Shown here: piece after piece, positions 53,123 to 62,913 of the stretch
How positions within the stretch are numbered: the stretch's first letter is position 1
Layout of the letters: each line of letters begins with the position of its first letter
From: Acidimicrobiaceae bacterium
GTDB taxonomy: Bacteria; Actinomycetota; Acidimicrobiia; Acidimicrobiales; Ilumatobacteraceae
Reading direction: 5' to 3'
Length of the DNA: 64,000 nt
Assembly: GCA_016722025.1 (NCBI GenBank)
Contig: JADKGZ010000018.1
Coordinates: 3,437-67,436, forward strand
Made by a program: the position numbers and the translations under genes
Notes under the pieces: generated by a model
What the model was told of the DNA's origin: nothing
Database searches by the model: none
The model's input: the letters and a program-made list of their open reading frames with translations, nothing else

Positions 53123-55536
53123 TTGGTTGCTCCGTTCTGAGCGGTGGTCTGGGAGTGAGCGTTCTGGGCGGCTTGCAGGGCGTTCCAGACGGTGTTGGGG
53201 CTTGCCGGCATCATCATCTCGGTGACGCCGAGGCCCGACAGTGCGTCGACGACGGCATTGATGACGGCGGGTGCGGCGCCGATGGTGCCGGCCTCGCCGA
53301 TGCCCTTGACGCCCAGCTGGTTGGTGGGTGATGGCGTGATGGTGTGACCCAGCGTGAGGCTGGGGACGTCGCTGGCTGCGGGCACCAGGTACTCGGCCAG
53401 CGAGGCGTTCTTCAGGTTGCCCTCGGTGTCGTAGACCGCTTCTTCGAAGAGTGCCTGCGCCAGACCTTGGATGACGCCGCCGTGCACCTGGCCCTCGACG
53501 ATCATCGGGTTCACCTGGTTGCCGCAGTCGTCGACCGCCACGTACTGCAGCACCTGCACGTGGCCGGTCTCGACGTCGACCTCGACGGTGCAGATGTGAG
53601 TGCCGAACGGCCACGAGAAGTTGGGTGGGTCGTAGGTGACGTGCGCTTCCAGGTTCGGCTCCAGGCCGTCGGGCAGGTCGTGGGCGGTGAACGCCGCGAA
53701 GGCGATGGCCGCCAGCGGCATTGCCTTGTCGGGCGAACCCTTGACGGTGAACGTGCCCCCGGCGAACTCGAGGTCGTCCTCGCTCGCCTCCAGCTGGTGG
53801 GCGGCGATCTTCTTCGCCTTGTCGATCACCTTGTCGCACGCCATCGCGATGGCGACGCCGCCCACGGGCAGCGACCGTGAGCCATAGGTGTCGAGGCCCA
53901 GCGGAGCAATGGCCGTATCGCTGTGCAACACGTCGACGTCTTCCGGTGCAACCCCCAGCTTGTCGGCAACGATCATGCTCCACGAGGTCTCGTGGCCCTG
54001 ACCGTGCGGTGCGGTGCCGGTGACCACCTGGATCTTGTTGGTGGGCAGCACGCGCACGGTGGCGGCCTCCCAGCCGCCGGCCGAGTAGTTCAACGAAGCC
54101 AGCACGCGTGACGGGGCCAGGCCGCACATCTCGAAGTAGCTGGCCTGCCCGATGCCGATGCGCTTGGTTGCGCCTGCCACGTTCTGCGTGGCCTGGCGGG
54201 CACGAACGCCCTCGTAGTCGGCCAGCCCTGCGGCCATCTCGGCAGCAGCAAGATGATCGCCGCTGTCGTAGGTGAGGCCGGTCATCGCCGTGTAGGGGAA
54301 CTGCTCCTTCTGGATGAAGTTGCGCTTGCGCAGCTCCATCGGATCGATGCCCATCTTGCGGGCCAGCGAATCCACCGCGCGCTCGATGGCGTACGTGGCC
54401 TCGGGCCGCCCGGCACCGCGATAGGCATCGGTGGGGGTGAGTGTGGTGAACACGCTGGTGCAGCTGAAGTCGTAGAGCGGGATGTCGTACACGCCGGCGT
54501 ACAGGAATGCCCCGAGCAGCGGGATGCCGGGCGTGACCAGTTGCAGGTACGCACCCATGTCGCCGAGGATGCGGACCCGTACGGCGGTGATCTTGCCCTG
54601 GGCGTCGGCGGCGAGCTCCATGTGCTGGATCTGGCCGCGACCGTGAATGGTGGCCACCGCGTTCTCGCCGCGCTCCTCGTTCCAGCGAACCGGCACCTTG
54701 TGCTTGCGGGCAAGGGCGAGGCAGAGCAGCTCCTCTGCGTACACGTTGAGCTTGCTGCCGAAACCGCCACCGACGGACGGGGTGGTGACGCGTAGCTGGT
54801 GCTCGGGGATGCCGAGCGTGATGGCGCTCATGATCTTCAGGATGTGCGGCACCTGCGTGCTGGAGTACAGCGTGATGTCGCCGCCGAAGGGCTGCGGCAC
54901 GGCGGCAACGGCACGGGGCTCCATTGCCATCGGCAGCAGACGCTGCTGCACGTAGCGGTCGTGGACGGTGTAGGCGGCCGCGGCGAAGGCTTCGTCGATG
55001 GCACCCTCGTGGTCCTCGATCTTGAGGTCCCACTGGTAGCTCTTGTTGGTGCCCAGCTCGTCGTGGATGACCACGCGATCGCTGAGGGCATCCTCGAGAT
55101 CGACGACGGCAGCGAGCGGCTCGTAGCGCACGTCGATGAGCTCGATGGCGTCGCGAGCGGCGGCGTCGCTGGTGGCGAGCACCACCGCAACGGCATCGCC
55201 CACGTAGGCGGCCTTGCCAACCGCCACGGGATAGTGAGCCGGGTTCTTCATGTCGGCCGTGACCGGCCACGCACACGGCATGGGAGCGGCCCACAGGTCG
55301 GTGAGATCGGCACCGGTGTAGGCGGCAACGACGCCAGGTGCGGCGAGCGCCGCGCCGAGGTCGATGCTGATGATGCGTGCGTGCGCGTACGGGCTGCGGG
55401 CGAGCGCCAGGTGCAGTGCACCGGGCAGTTGCAGGTCGTTGGTGTACTTGGCTTCGCCGGTGAGCAGAGCCGGGTCTTCACGACGCAGCAGCCGGCTCCC
55501 CAGCACGGCTGCAGGTCGATCGTCGGTGACGGTCAT
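53119..55536 (-). CDS. coxL: form II CoxL-like molybdopterin large subunit (xanthine dehydrogenase family)
   Basis: 805 aa. The active-site loop reads AYRGAGR (form II) rather than the AYXCSFR of bona fide CO dehydrogenases. Confidence 0.9.
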   Translation of the reverse strand: MTVTDDRPAAVLGSRLLRREDPALLTGEAKYTNDLQLPGALHLALARSPYAHARIISIDLGAALAAPGVVAAYTGADLTDLWAAPMPCAWPVTADMKNPAHYPVAVGKAAYVGDAVAVVLATSDAAARDAIELIDVRYEPLAAVVDLEDALSDRVVIHDELGTNKSYQWDLKIEDHEGAIDEAFAAAAYTVHDRYVQQRLLPMAMEPRAVAAVPQPFGGDITLYSSTQVPHILKIMSAITLGIPEHQLRVTTPSVGGGFGSKLNVYAEELLCLALARKHKVPVRWNEERGENAVATIHGRGQIQHMELAADAQGKITAVRVRILGDMGAYLQLVTPGIPLLGAFLYAGVYDIPLYDFSCTSVFTTLTPTDAYRGAGRPEATYAIERAVDSLARKMGIDPMELRKRNFIQKEQFPYTAMTGLTYDSGDHLAAAEMAAGLADYEGVRARQATQNVAGATKRIGIGQASYFEMCGLAPSRVLASLNYSAGGWEAATVRVLPTNKIQVVTGTAPHGQGHETSWSMIVADKLGVAPEDVDVLHSDTAIAPLGLDTYGSRSLPVGGVAIAMACDKVIDKAKKIAAHQLEASEDDLEFAGGTFTVKGSPDKAMPLAAIAFAAFTAHDLPDGLEPNLEAHVTYDPPNFSWPFGTHICTVEVDVETGHVQVLQYVAVDDCGNQVNPMIVEGQVHGGVIQGLAQALFEEAVYDTEGNLKNASLAEYLVPAASDVPSLTLGHTITPSPTNQLGVKGIGEAGTIGAAPAVINAVVDALSGLGVTEMMMPASPNTVWNALQAAQNAHSQTTAQNGATK

Positions 55537-55570
55537 TCGGGTACCCCCAGTACCTCGTGCGGATGTGTGA

Positions 55571-56030
55571 CTACTCGCCCGCGGCGCAAGCCAGGACGGA
55601 CTTGACGATGTTGTGGTAGCCGGTGCACCGGCACAGGTTGCCCTCGAGCCCGATGCGCACTTCCTCTTCGGAAGGGTGCGGGTTCTCCTTCAACAAGCTG
55701 GTGGCGGCCATCACCATGCCGGGCGTGCAATAGCCGCACTGCAGGCCGTGGTTCTCCATGAACGCCTGCTGCATCGGGTGCATCACACCATCGACGGCCA
55801 TGCCCTCGATCGTCGTGATCGACCGCTCCGTCGGCCTGCACGGCGAGGACGGTGCAGCTCTTCACGGCCTCGCCATCGAGGTGCACGCTGCATGCGCCGC
55901 ACGACGAGGTGTCGCAGCCGATGTTGGTGCCGGTGAGCGCCAATGCTTCTCGGATGTAGTGCACGAGCAGCGTGCGTGGCTCGACGTCACTCTCGTGGAC
56001 CGTCCCGTTGACGGTGACTGAAATCTTCAC
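55571..56030 (-). pseudogene. coxS: [2Fe-2S] small subunit (CoxS-like) interrupted by a +1 frameshift near 55826-55829
   Basis: The N-terminal frame gives MKISVTVNG...[11 protein letters not shown]...AVQADG and then nonsense. The next frame gives (R)[12 protein letters not shown]...QCGYCTPG...CRCTGY to the stop at 55571. Confidence 0.85.
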
Positions 56031-56174
56031 CCGTGATCTCCTCTGTCATGCCCCCAAATGGCTCGCCCATCATGCACCAAAACTGGTGGGCCGTGCGACC
56101 GGGACACCGAACGCGTGCAACGGAAGCCGTGCGGATCGGCGAACGGGCCCAGGCCGCCGTGCCACAGTGTGCCG

Positions 56175-57269
56175 ATGATCCTGCTTCGGGTCCTGGCCGC
56201 GATGGCCGGGTCGGCACTGGTGGTGGCGACGCTCGCCTCCGCTCTGAAGACGATCGTGGTGCCGCGTGGCTACGCCTCGTGGCTCACCCGGGGCCACTTC
56301 ATCGTGTGGCGGCGCCTGTTCGGGCTCTTCGCTCGGCCGAGCCGGCCATACGCCCGACGCGACCGGGTGCTGGCGCACTTCTCGCCGGTGGCGTTGGTCA
56401 CGCTGCCCGCAGTGTGGGTCACGTTGGTGGGAGTGGGGTTCACCGGTGTTTTCTGGGCGTCGGGTGTGCAGCCGCTGACGGAGGCGTTCGCTGCCAGCGG
56501 GTCATCGTTGTTCACGCTCGGCTTCATCCGGCCGCCGGGCACCGGCCGCGTGGTGCTGTCGTTCGTGGAAGCCGGAATCGGTCTCGGCCTGGTGAGCCTG
56601 ATGATCTCGTACCTGCCCACCATCTACGGCGCGTTCAGCCGCCGCGAGGCATTGGTCGGTCTGCTGGAGGTGCGCGCCGGCCTGCCGCCGTCGCCGATCG
56701 AGCTGTTGACGCGCTATGCCCGCATCGGCTGGCTGCACCGGCTCGACGACGACCTGTTCGAGCGGTGGGAGCAGTGGTTCATGGACGTCGAGGAGAGCCA
56801 CACCAGCCAGCCGTCGCTGGTGTTCTTCCGCTCGCCGCACCCCGAGCGCAGCTGGATCACCGCCGCCGGGTGCGTGCTCGACACCGCGGCGATCACGGCA
56901 TCCACCATCGACCGGCCGCACAACGCGCAGACCGACTTGATGTTGCGCACGGGCTTCTTCGCGTTGCGCCGCATCGCCGACTACTTCGGCATGTCGTACG
57001 ACCCGGACCCTGCCGCCGACGCACCGATCTCGGTGAGCCGCCGCGAGTTCGATCTGCTGTGCGTGGAGCTGCGTGCGATGGACATCCCGTTGAAGCCCGA
57101 CCTCGATGTGGCGTGGCGCGACTACGCCGGCTGGCGGGTGAACTACGACTCGGTGCTGATCCAGCTGTGCGGTCTGGTGATGGCGCCGCCCGGCAAGTGG
57201 AGCAGCGATCGGGTGCAGGTGGACACCACCTTCCCGAAGGTGTTCCGCAGGCCGAGGCGGCGGCACTGA
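56175..57269 (+). CDS. membrane protein with 2-TM pore-loop-like N-terminus and large cytoplasmic domain (function unknown)
   Basis: TM1, then the segment EAFAASGSSLFTLGF, then TM2. This resembles a degenerate K-channel pore. The remainder was not recognised. Confidence 0.55.
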   Translation: MILLRVLAAMAGSALVVATLASALKTIVVPRGYASWLTRGHFIVWRRLFGLFARPSRPYARRDRVLAHFSPVALVTLPAVWVTLVGVGFTGVFWASGVQPLTEAFAASGSSLFTLGFIRPPGTGRVVLSFVEAGIGLGLVSLMISYLPTIYGAFSRREALVGLLEVRAGLPPSPIELLTRYARIGWLHRLDDDLFERWEQWFMDVEESHTSQPSLVFFRSPHPERSWITAAGCVLDTAAITASTIDRPHNAQTDLMLRTGFFALRRIADYFGMSYDPDPAADAPISVSRREFDLLCVELRAMDIPLKPDLDVAWRDYAGWRVNYDSVLIQLCGLVMAPPGKWSSDRVQVDTTFPKVFRRPRRRH

Positions 57270-57278
57270 CATGGCCCG

Positions 57279-57325
57279 GTCGTGAGCGCTGTCGTGAGCG
57301 CTGTCGTGAGCGCTGTCGTGGGCGC
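57279..57325. repeat. 12-bp tandem repeat GTCGTGAGCGCT, about 3.9 copies
   Basis: Units at 57279-57290, 57291-57302, 57303-57314 and a degenerate unit at 57315-57325. Each unit contains the palindrome AGCGCT. Lies between convergent genes. Confidence 0.9.
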
Positions 57326-57354
57326 GGCGGTGGGCGTTGCGCAGCTGCGGCGCG

Positions 57355-58248
57355 TCAGCCAACGACGATGACGGAGGCCACGAGCGCGACGAGCGCGACC
57401 GCTGCCGGAGCTGCGTAGCCGGCCCACTTGGGCATCGGCTTCCAGCCGGGCGCGAGCATGACGAAGCCGCAGATGGCGCCGCCGATGGCGCCGCCGACGT
57501 GCCCCCCGATCGAGATGCCGCTGATGGAGAAGGTGAGCACCAGGTTGAGGAGCAACGTGGTGCCGATGCCGGTGCTGAACACGTTGACACCCCGGCGGTG
57601 CAACCCGACAGCGGCGCCGGCCATCAACCCGAACACGGCGCCCGACGCGCCACCGGTGAGCGCGGCGCCACCGACCAACAGCACGCCGAGCGACCCGGCG
57701 AGCAGGCTGGCGAAGTACATCGCCGTCAACTTGACGGCGCCCAGCGCCCGCTCGAGCAGCGCTCCCAGCTGGAACAGCAGCAGCATGTTCATCGCGATGT
57801 GGAAGAGGCCGAAGTGGATGAAGCCCGAGGTGACGAGGCGGTACCACTGGTGCGCCGGAATGGGCGTGCCATCGAGGTCGCCGACGCGGCCCTGGAGAAT
57901 GGCCTTGCTGAGCCCGAGGTCGGCGTGCGCCTGAGTGATGCTGCCCCCCAGTGTGCGTGAATCGGCGAGGACCATCAACACGAACACGGCCACGTTGAGC
58001 CCGATGAGCGTGTACGTCACCGGCGTGAGCACCCGCGACGAGGCCAGCTTGGCGCGGGTGGCGACATCGGAGCGAGCCGCCCTGGCGCAGTCGAGGCAGT
58101 GGGACCCGATGCTGGCCTGCACCAGGCAGTCGCCGCATGCCGGCTTGCCGCAGCGGGTGCAACTGCGGCCCGCCTCGCGATCCGGGTGGCGATAGCAGCG
58201 GGGCACCGTGGGTGATTCGGGCAGCGACACGGCGGTCAGGCTAGCCAC
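57355..58248 (-). CDS. rhomboid intramembrane serine protease with N-terminal Cys-rich zinc-ribbon
   Basis: CYRHP...CTRCGKPACGDC...HCLDC. Catalytic GASGAVFG and the downstream GGHVGG His. Confidence 0.85.
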   Translation of the reverse strand: MASLTAVSLPESPTVPRCYRHPDREAGRSCTRCGKPACGDCLVQASIGSHCLDCARAARSDVATRAKLASSRVLTPVTYTLIGLNVAVFVLMVLADSRTLGGSITQAHADLGLSKAILQGRVGDLDGTPIPAHQWYRLVTSGFIHFGLFHIAMNMLLLFQLGALLERALGAVKLTAMYFASLLAGSLGVLLVGGAALTGGASGAVFGLMAGAAVGLHRRGVNVFSTGIGTTLLLNLVLTFSISGISIGGHVGGAIGGAICGFVMLAPGWKPMPKWAGYAAPAAVALVALVASVIVVG

Positions 58249-58270
58249 GCCCGCGCGCAGACGTGCCGCG

Positions 58271-58918
58271 TCAGAGCACCGCGTCGAGCGTGATCGCCAG
58301 GAGCACCAGGATCACGAGGAGACCGTTGTAGACGGTGTGGGCGGTGGTGGATTCGATCGTCGCAGCGTGCTCGCTCTGGTGCACCCGGAACGCGCGCAGG
58401 TAGACCCACATGAAGTACGCGCCGCCGATCGACAGTGCCATCGCGGCGCCGATGGGGATGCCGATGATCGCGTGGATCATGCCGAACTGCAGCACCTTCA
58501 GTGTTCGTCGGCCGCGAGCCCATCGCTGCGCTCCGGTGCGGAACATCCGCTCTTCGGCGTACGCGAACAGCGGCAGTGCCGGCAGCAGCAGCGCCATGAA
58601 CGTCAGCGGGATGATCCACTCCAGCACGGTGCCGGCGGTGGCGTCGGAGTCGCCGAACACCGGGTTGCCGATGCCGCCCAGCATCGACCACCATCCCCAC
58701 GACAGGCCGGGCACCTGAACGAGAGCGGTTGCGACTGCGATCACTGCGGTGAGCAGCAAGGGCACCGGCCACACGTGCCGCCACCCGATGTTGTGCACCA
58801 CCGCTGCCACGATCGAACGACCTTCGGTGGATCGAGATCGACGGAGGCCGGTGACCAATCGCACGCCCATGAAGCCCAACACGGCGAAGGTGAGCACGTT
58901 CGTCAGAGAGTTGCTCAC
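58271..58918 (-). CDS. CPBP (CAAX/Abi) family intramembrane glutamic endopeptidase
   Basis: Motifs EERMFR (EExxxR), FGMIH (FxxxH) and HTVYN (HxxxN). Confidence 0.7.
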   Translation of the reverse strand: MSNSLTNVLTFAVLGFMGVRLVTGLRRSRSTEGRSIVAAVVHNIGWRHVWPVPLLLTAVIAVATALVQVPGLSWGWWSMLGGIGNPVFGDSDATAGTVLEWIIPLTFMALLLPALPLFAYAEERMFRTGAQRWARGRRTLKVLQFGMIHAIIGIPIGAAMALSIGGAYFMWVYLRAFRVHQSEHAATIESTTAHTVYNGLLVILVLLAITLDAVL

Positions 58919-58972
58919 GAGCGGCGAGTGTACGAGCGGGTGCAGTGGCCTCGGCCGCCGTGGCCGTGGCGG

Positions 58973-61021
58973 CTACCGATTCGTGCGGCTGGCGAACACG
59001 TCGGCAGCCGCCGGCTCGCCCAGCAGGTGGCCTTGCACCAGGTCGCAGCCGAGCACGCGCAGCCGGCGCAGCTGGTCGGCGGAGGTGACCCATTCGGCCA
59101 CGACCTGCATGTCGAGCGCATGAGCGAGCTGGATGATGGCGCGCACGATGGGGTCGTCGTCGCCGCTGGTGCCCAGCATGCGCGCCACCGTGCCGTCGAG
59201 CTTGAGCACGTCGGCCTCGCAGGTTCGCAAGGCGGTGAGCGACGAGATGCCGGTACCGAAGCGGTCGAGTGCCAGTTGCACACCGAAGCGACGCAGCGCC
59301 TGCATCGCGCGCAGGTTGCCGGGCTGGCGATCGTTGAGCGTGTTCTCGTCGAAGTCGAGCGTGACCTGGTGAGGGTTCAGCTCCATCTGGCGCACGGTGG
59401 CCAGCACTCGCTCGACGAACGTGCCTTCCGCGAGTTGGCGGGCGGCGACGTTGATGTGCACGCTGAACCCGCGATCGACCAGGCCGGCATCGAGCCAGGC
59501 ACGCGTGTCGACGCACGCCTGGCGGATGACCCAGTCGCCGATGGGCACGATGACGCCCGACTCCTCGGCGAGGTGCAGGAACTGCGCCGGCAGCAACGGG
59601 CCGCGCTCGGGGTGATCCCACCGCAGCAGCGCCTCGGCGCCCGCCACGCGGCCGCTGTGCGTGGAGATGATGGGCTGGTAGGCCAGGCGCAGCTGCCCGG
59701 CCGCCAATGCCCGCTCGAGCTCGTTGGAGAGCTGCTTGTGGTGGCGCGACTCGGCGCGCATGGCGTCGGTGTACAGCTCGCTGCGCGAACGACCACGGCG
59801 CTTGGCCTGGTACATCGCGATGTCGGCGTTGCGCAGCAGCTCGATGGCGGCTTCCTGGCAGCTGACCCCTTCCAGGTGTGCCGGTAGGCCGACAGCGACA
59901 CCGACGCTGACGGAGAGCTCGACCTCGACGCCGTGCACCATGATGCGCCCGCTGAGCGAGTGGCGGATGCGCTCGGCGAGGTCGACCGCGGTGTGCTCGT
60001 CGATGTTGCCGTCGCACAGCACGACGAACTCGTCGCCGCCGATGCGAGCCACGACGTCGGACGGGCGGGTGGCGTGGGAGATGCGGTTCGCCACTTGCGC
60101 CAGCAGCGCATCGCCGATCTCGTGCCCGACCGTGTCGTTGACGTCCTTCAGGCGATCGACGTCCATGAACAGGATCGCGACGTTGTTGCGCGTGCTGCGG
60201 ATGCCTTCCAGCGCGTCGGCCGCGGTGCGCAGCAGCAGCAGGCGGTTGGGCAGACCGGTGAGGGGGTCGTGATTGGCCTGCCGCGTCAGCTCGCTCTGCA
60301 GGTGCTTGGTGGCCGTGATGTCGCGAGCGACGCCGCCCCAGTACTCGACGACACCGTCGGCGGTGCGGTGCAACAGGAGATCGATGTCGAGCGTGCGCTG
60401 CAGGCCGTCGGGGCCGCGGAAGCCCACTTCGCCCGACCACGAGGAGGTTTCACTGCTGGCGATGACCTCGCGGGGAACCTGATCGCGGATCGCCTGCAGC
60501 AGCCCGCGGGCCGCTGCGTCGCGGATGAGGTCGAGCTCGTCGTCGACACCGAACAGCCGCCGAGCGGCGGCGTTGGTGTACACCGGGGCACCATTGCGAT
60601 CGAGGATGATGACCACGTCGTCGGAGGCGCCCACCACCCCCGACAACCGGTCGAGCAGCAGCTGCTGGCCGACGCTCTCGGTGTGGTCGAGCGCGGTGCC
60701 GCCATAGCCGGTGATCATGCCCTGGGAATCGTGCATGGCCTGTGCGTCGATGCGCACCCACGTCATTCGCCCTTCGCCGTGCCACACTCGGAACTCGAGG
60801 CGGATGTCGTCGCCGGCCTCGATGCACCGTCGCCACTGCAGTTCGGCGGACGCTCGGTCGCCGGGATGAGCGTTGGCCCACGGTGGCGCACCGACCGGTG
60901 AGCCCACCGACACCTGTACGAGCGCGCCAAATGCTGCGTTGGCCGCGCGCACGCGACCATCACGATCGGCCTGGAACAGGCCCACCGGCAGCGTTGGTAA
61001 CAACTCGATGATGTCCGCCAT
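58973..61021 (-). CDS. PAS-PAS-GGDEF-EAL c-di-GMP turnover protein
   Basis: RIGGDEFVVL (intact GGDEF), AEALLRW (EAL) and DRFGTG. N-terminal PAS-like repeats. Confidence 0.9.
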   Translation of the reverse strand: MADIIELLPTLPVGLFQADRDGRVRAANAAFGALVQVSVGSPVGAPPWANAHPGDRASAELQWRRCIEAGDDIRLEFRVWHGEGRMTWVRIDAQAMHDSQGMITGYGGTALDHTESVGQQLLLDRLSGVVGASDDVVIILDRNGAPVYTNAAARRLFGVDDELDLIRDAAARGLLQAIRDQVPREVIASSETSSWSGEVGFRGPDGLQRTLDIDLLLHRTADGVVEYWGGVARDITATKHLQSELTRQANHDPLTGLPNRLLLLRTAADALEGIRSTRNNVAILFMDVDRLKDVNDTVGHEIGDALLAQVANRISHATRPSDVVARIGGDEFVVLCDGNIDEHTAVDLAERIRHSLSGRIMVHGVEVELSVSVGVAVGLPAHLEGVSCQEAAIELLRNADIAMYQAKRRGRSRSELYTDAMRAESRHHKQLSNELERALAAGQLRLAYQPIISTHSGRVAGAEALLRWDHPERGPLLPAQFLHLAEESGVIVPIGDWVIRQACVDTRAWLDAGLVDRGFSVHINVAARQLAEGTFVERVLATVRQMELNPHQVTLDFDENTLNDRQPGNLRAMQALRRFGVQLALDRFGTGISSLTALRTCEADVLKLDGTVARMLGTSGDDDPIVRAIIQLAHALDMQVVAEWVTSADQLRRLRVLGCDLVQGHLLGEPAAADVFASRTNR

Positions 61022-61061
61022 CCTTACAAGGTCGAAGTGTCAAGTGGTGTATCGGCCGAAG

Positions 61062-61715
61062 CTAGTTACGACTAAAGGTGCCAGTGACCTCGGCAGATGC
61101 GGTTTGGGCCGAGGTGATCGCTGCGATCAGCTCGGTGGCCGGTGTGCCGTTGTCGAGCCCTGTCGCATTGTCAAGATAGTGCACCGTGATGGCGTACCGG
61201 TGCGTGCTGCCTGCCGGTGGGCAGGGGCCGGTGTAGCCGATGTCGTCGAGGCCGTTGGTGGCCTCGTAGGCATCGAGCGGCACGGTGGCCTCGTCGAGGG
61301 CGATGCTCTGCGGCGGGATGCCGGCGATCACCCAGTGCGCGAAGCCCGGTGCGTCGAGGTCGCTCAGGGTGATCGCGATCTCGACGGTGCCGGCCGGGGC
61401 CGCGCTCCAGGAGAGCGCGGGAGACACGTTGAGGCCGTCGCACGTGTAACGGGCGTCGATGGCGGCGCCGGTGCGCCACGGCGCGGTGACCAGCAGCACC
61501 GGTGCGGCCGGAGGCAGGGTGATGGTGGAGGTGACGGCATCGTCGATGCCGTCGGGATCCACGAAGGTCGGGTCGTCGGTGGACGACGGAATGGGCACGG
61601 AGATGGATTCGGTCTGGTCGGAGGAGGCCGGGCGCAGCGTGCGGCCGTCGTTTCGGCAACCCCCGACGACCATCAGCAGAAGACAGGAGAGGGTGATCGT
61701 GGCTACTCGTCGCAC
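61062..61715 (-). CDS. YbhB/YbcL (PEBP) family lipoprotein
   Basis: Lipobox VVGGC. PEBP core ...DLDAPGFAHWV...GYTGPCPPAGSTHRY. Confidence 0.8.
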   Translation of the reverse strand: MRRVATITLSCLLLMVVGGCRNDGRTLRPASSDQTESISVPIPSSTDDPTFVDPDGIDDAVTSTITLPPAAPVLLVTAPWRTGAAIDARYTCDGLNVSPALSWSAAPAGTVEIAITLSDLDAPGFAHWVIAGIPPQSIALDEATVPLDAYEATNGLDDIGYTGPCPPAGSTHRYAITVHYLDNATGLDNGTPATELIAAITSAQTASAEVTGTFSRN

Positions 61716-61771
61716 CGGTGCAGCCTACGCAGCGGTGGGTCGCGTGAGGGTGCAGGGGATAACGTGCCGGC

Positions 61772-62689
61772 GTGGAATCCAGCCCCCTCTGCGTGCTCAC
61801 CGTGCACGCTCACCCCGACGACGAAGCGTCCAAAGGCGCGCCCACGCTGGCGAAGTACCACGCCGAAGGTGTTCGCACGGTGCTGGTGTGCTGCACCGGC
61901 GGCGAAGAGGGCGATCTGCAGAACCCCGGCCTGCGCGAGCCGGGGCAGCCGTTCCACGATCTCAGCGCCGACCAGGAAAAGGCCCTGTTGGCCGAACTGC
62001 GCCCGCTCGAGCTGGCCCGTTCCGCCGCCATCATCGGCTTCGACGAGGTGGTGATGCTCGGCTACCGCGACTCGGGCATGGCCGACTCGGAGGCCAACCA
62101 CCACCCCGACTGCTTCCACATGGCCCCGCTCGACGACGCAGTGGGTCGGCTGGTGGCCATCATCCGCCGCGAGAAGCCGCAGGTCATCATCACCTATGGC
62201 GACGATCAGCGTGGCTACCTGCATCCCGACCACCTGAAGGTGCACGACATCTCCGGGCCGGCCTTCGACCGCGCCGGCGACCCGGCCTGGTACCCCGAGT
62301 TGGGTGAGCCATGGCAGCCGCAGAAGCTGTACTACACGGTGTGGTCGAAGGCGCGGCTGATGGCCGTGCACGAGGGCATGATCAAGCATCGCGGCGAGTC
62401 GCCGTACGAGCAGGATTGGCTCGATCGGCCCGGCCACGACCATCGCATCACCACTCGCATCGAGGTCGGGCCGTATCTGTGGGCGCGCAGCGGTTCGTTG
62501 CGGGCGCATGCCACTCAGGTCGACCCCACCGAGCCGTGGTGGTTCGGCCTCAGCGACGAGCAGTTGGCCGAGGCCTACCCATGGGAAGACTGGATCCTCG
62601 CCCGTTCGCTGGTCGGCGAGCCCCAGCAGGGTGAGCTGGAGGGCGACCTCTTCGCCGGTGTCCCACGCTCCGTCGGCGTCTCGCGATGA
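61772..62689 (+). CDS. mca: mycothiol S-conjugate amidase (LmbE/PIG-L family)
   Basis: VHAHPDDE metal motif, CTGGEEG and HPDH. The start may be GTG 61793 rather than 61772. Confidence 0.8.
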   Translation: MESSPLCVLTVHAHPDDEASKGAPTLAKYHAEGVRTVLVCCTGGEEGDLQNPGLREPGQPFHDLSADQEKALLAELRPLELARSAAIIGFDEVVMLGYRDSGMADSEANHHPDCFHMAPLDDAVGRLVAIIRREKPQVIITYGDDQRGYLHPDHLKVHDISGPAFDRAGDPAWYPELGEPWQPQKLYYTVWSKARLMAVHEGMIKHRGESPYEQDWLDRPGHDHRITTRIEVGPYLWARSGSLRAHATQVDPTEPWWFGLSDEQLAEAYPWEDWILARSLVGEPQQGELEGDLFAGVPRSVGVSR

Positions 62690-62913
62690 GCGTGCAGTAC
62701 CGGGTGGTGTTCGCCAAGAACGACGAAGCGGTAGCCGGCCCCGACGACGCCGATGTCGTGGTCACCATCGGTGTTGCCGATGCAGGGCTGGCACCGGCCA
62801 CCGCGTTCATGCTGGGCAAGCTGAAGAACACCGGGCCCACCGGTGCGTTGTTCGCCGCCTTCCGTGATGGCTCGGCGGCAGCGGCGATCAGCCGGCTCGC
62901 ATCGCGTCCCTGA
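62686..62913 (+). CDS. small SCP2-like protein (hypothetical)
   Basis: 75 aa. FMLGKLKNTGPTGALF resembles the SCP2 C-terminal motif. ATGA overlap with the mca stop. Confidence 0.45.
   Translation: MSVQYRVVFAKNDEAVAGPDDADVVVTIGVADAGLAPATAFMLGKLKNTGPTGALFAAFRDGSAAAAISRLASRP

Noticed and set aside
52298-55294. 998-aa minus-strand ORF covering coxM and most of coxL
   Set aside because: Only the last 275 codons (from GTG 53122) are protein-like (CoxM). The upstream 720 codons are Arg/His/Pro-rich and overlap the genuine coxL frame.
58236-60440. 734-aa minus-strand ORF overlapping the CPBP and GGDEF-EAL genes
   Set aside because: Arg/Pro/His-rich shadow frame. The genuine frames carry EExxxR/FxxxH and GGDEF/EAL motifs.
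61774-61809. GGAAT near the mca start as a SigR-type promoter (mca is a SigR target in Streptomyces)
   Set aside because: The GGAAT lies inside, or only 14 nt before, the possible start codons, and no GTT follows at N17-N19.
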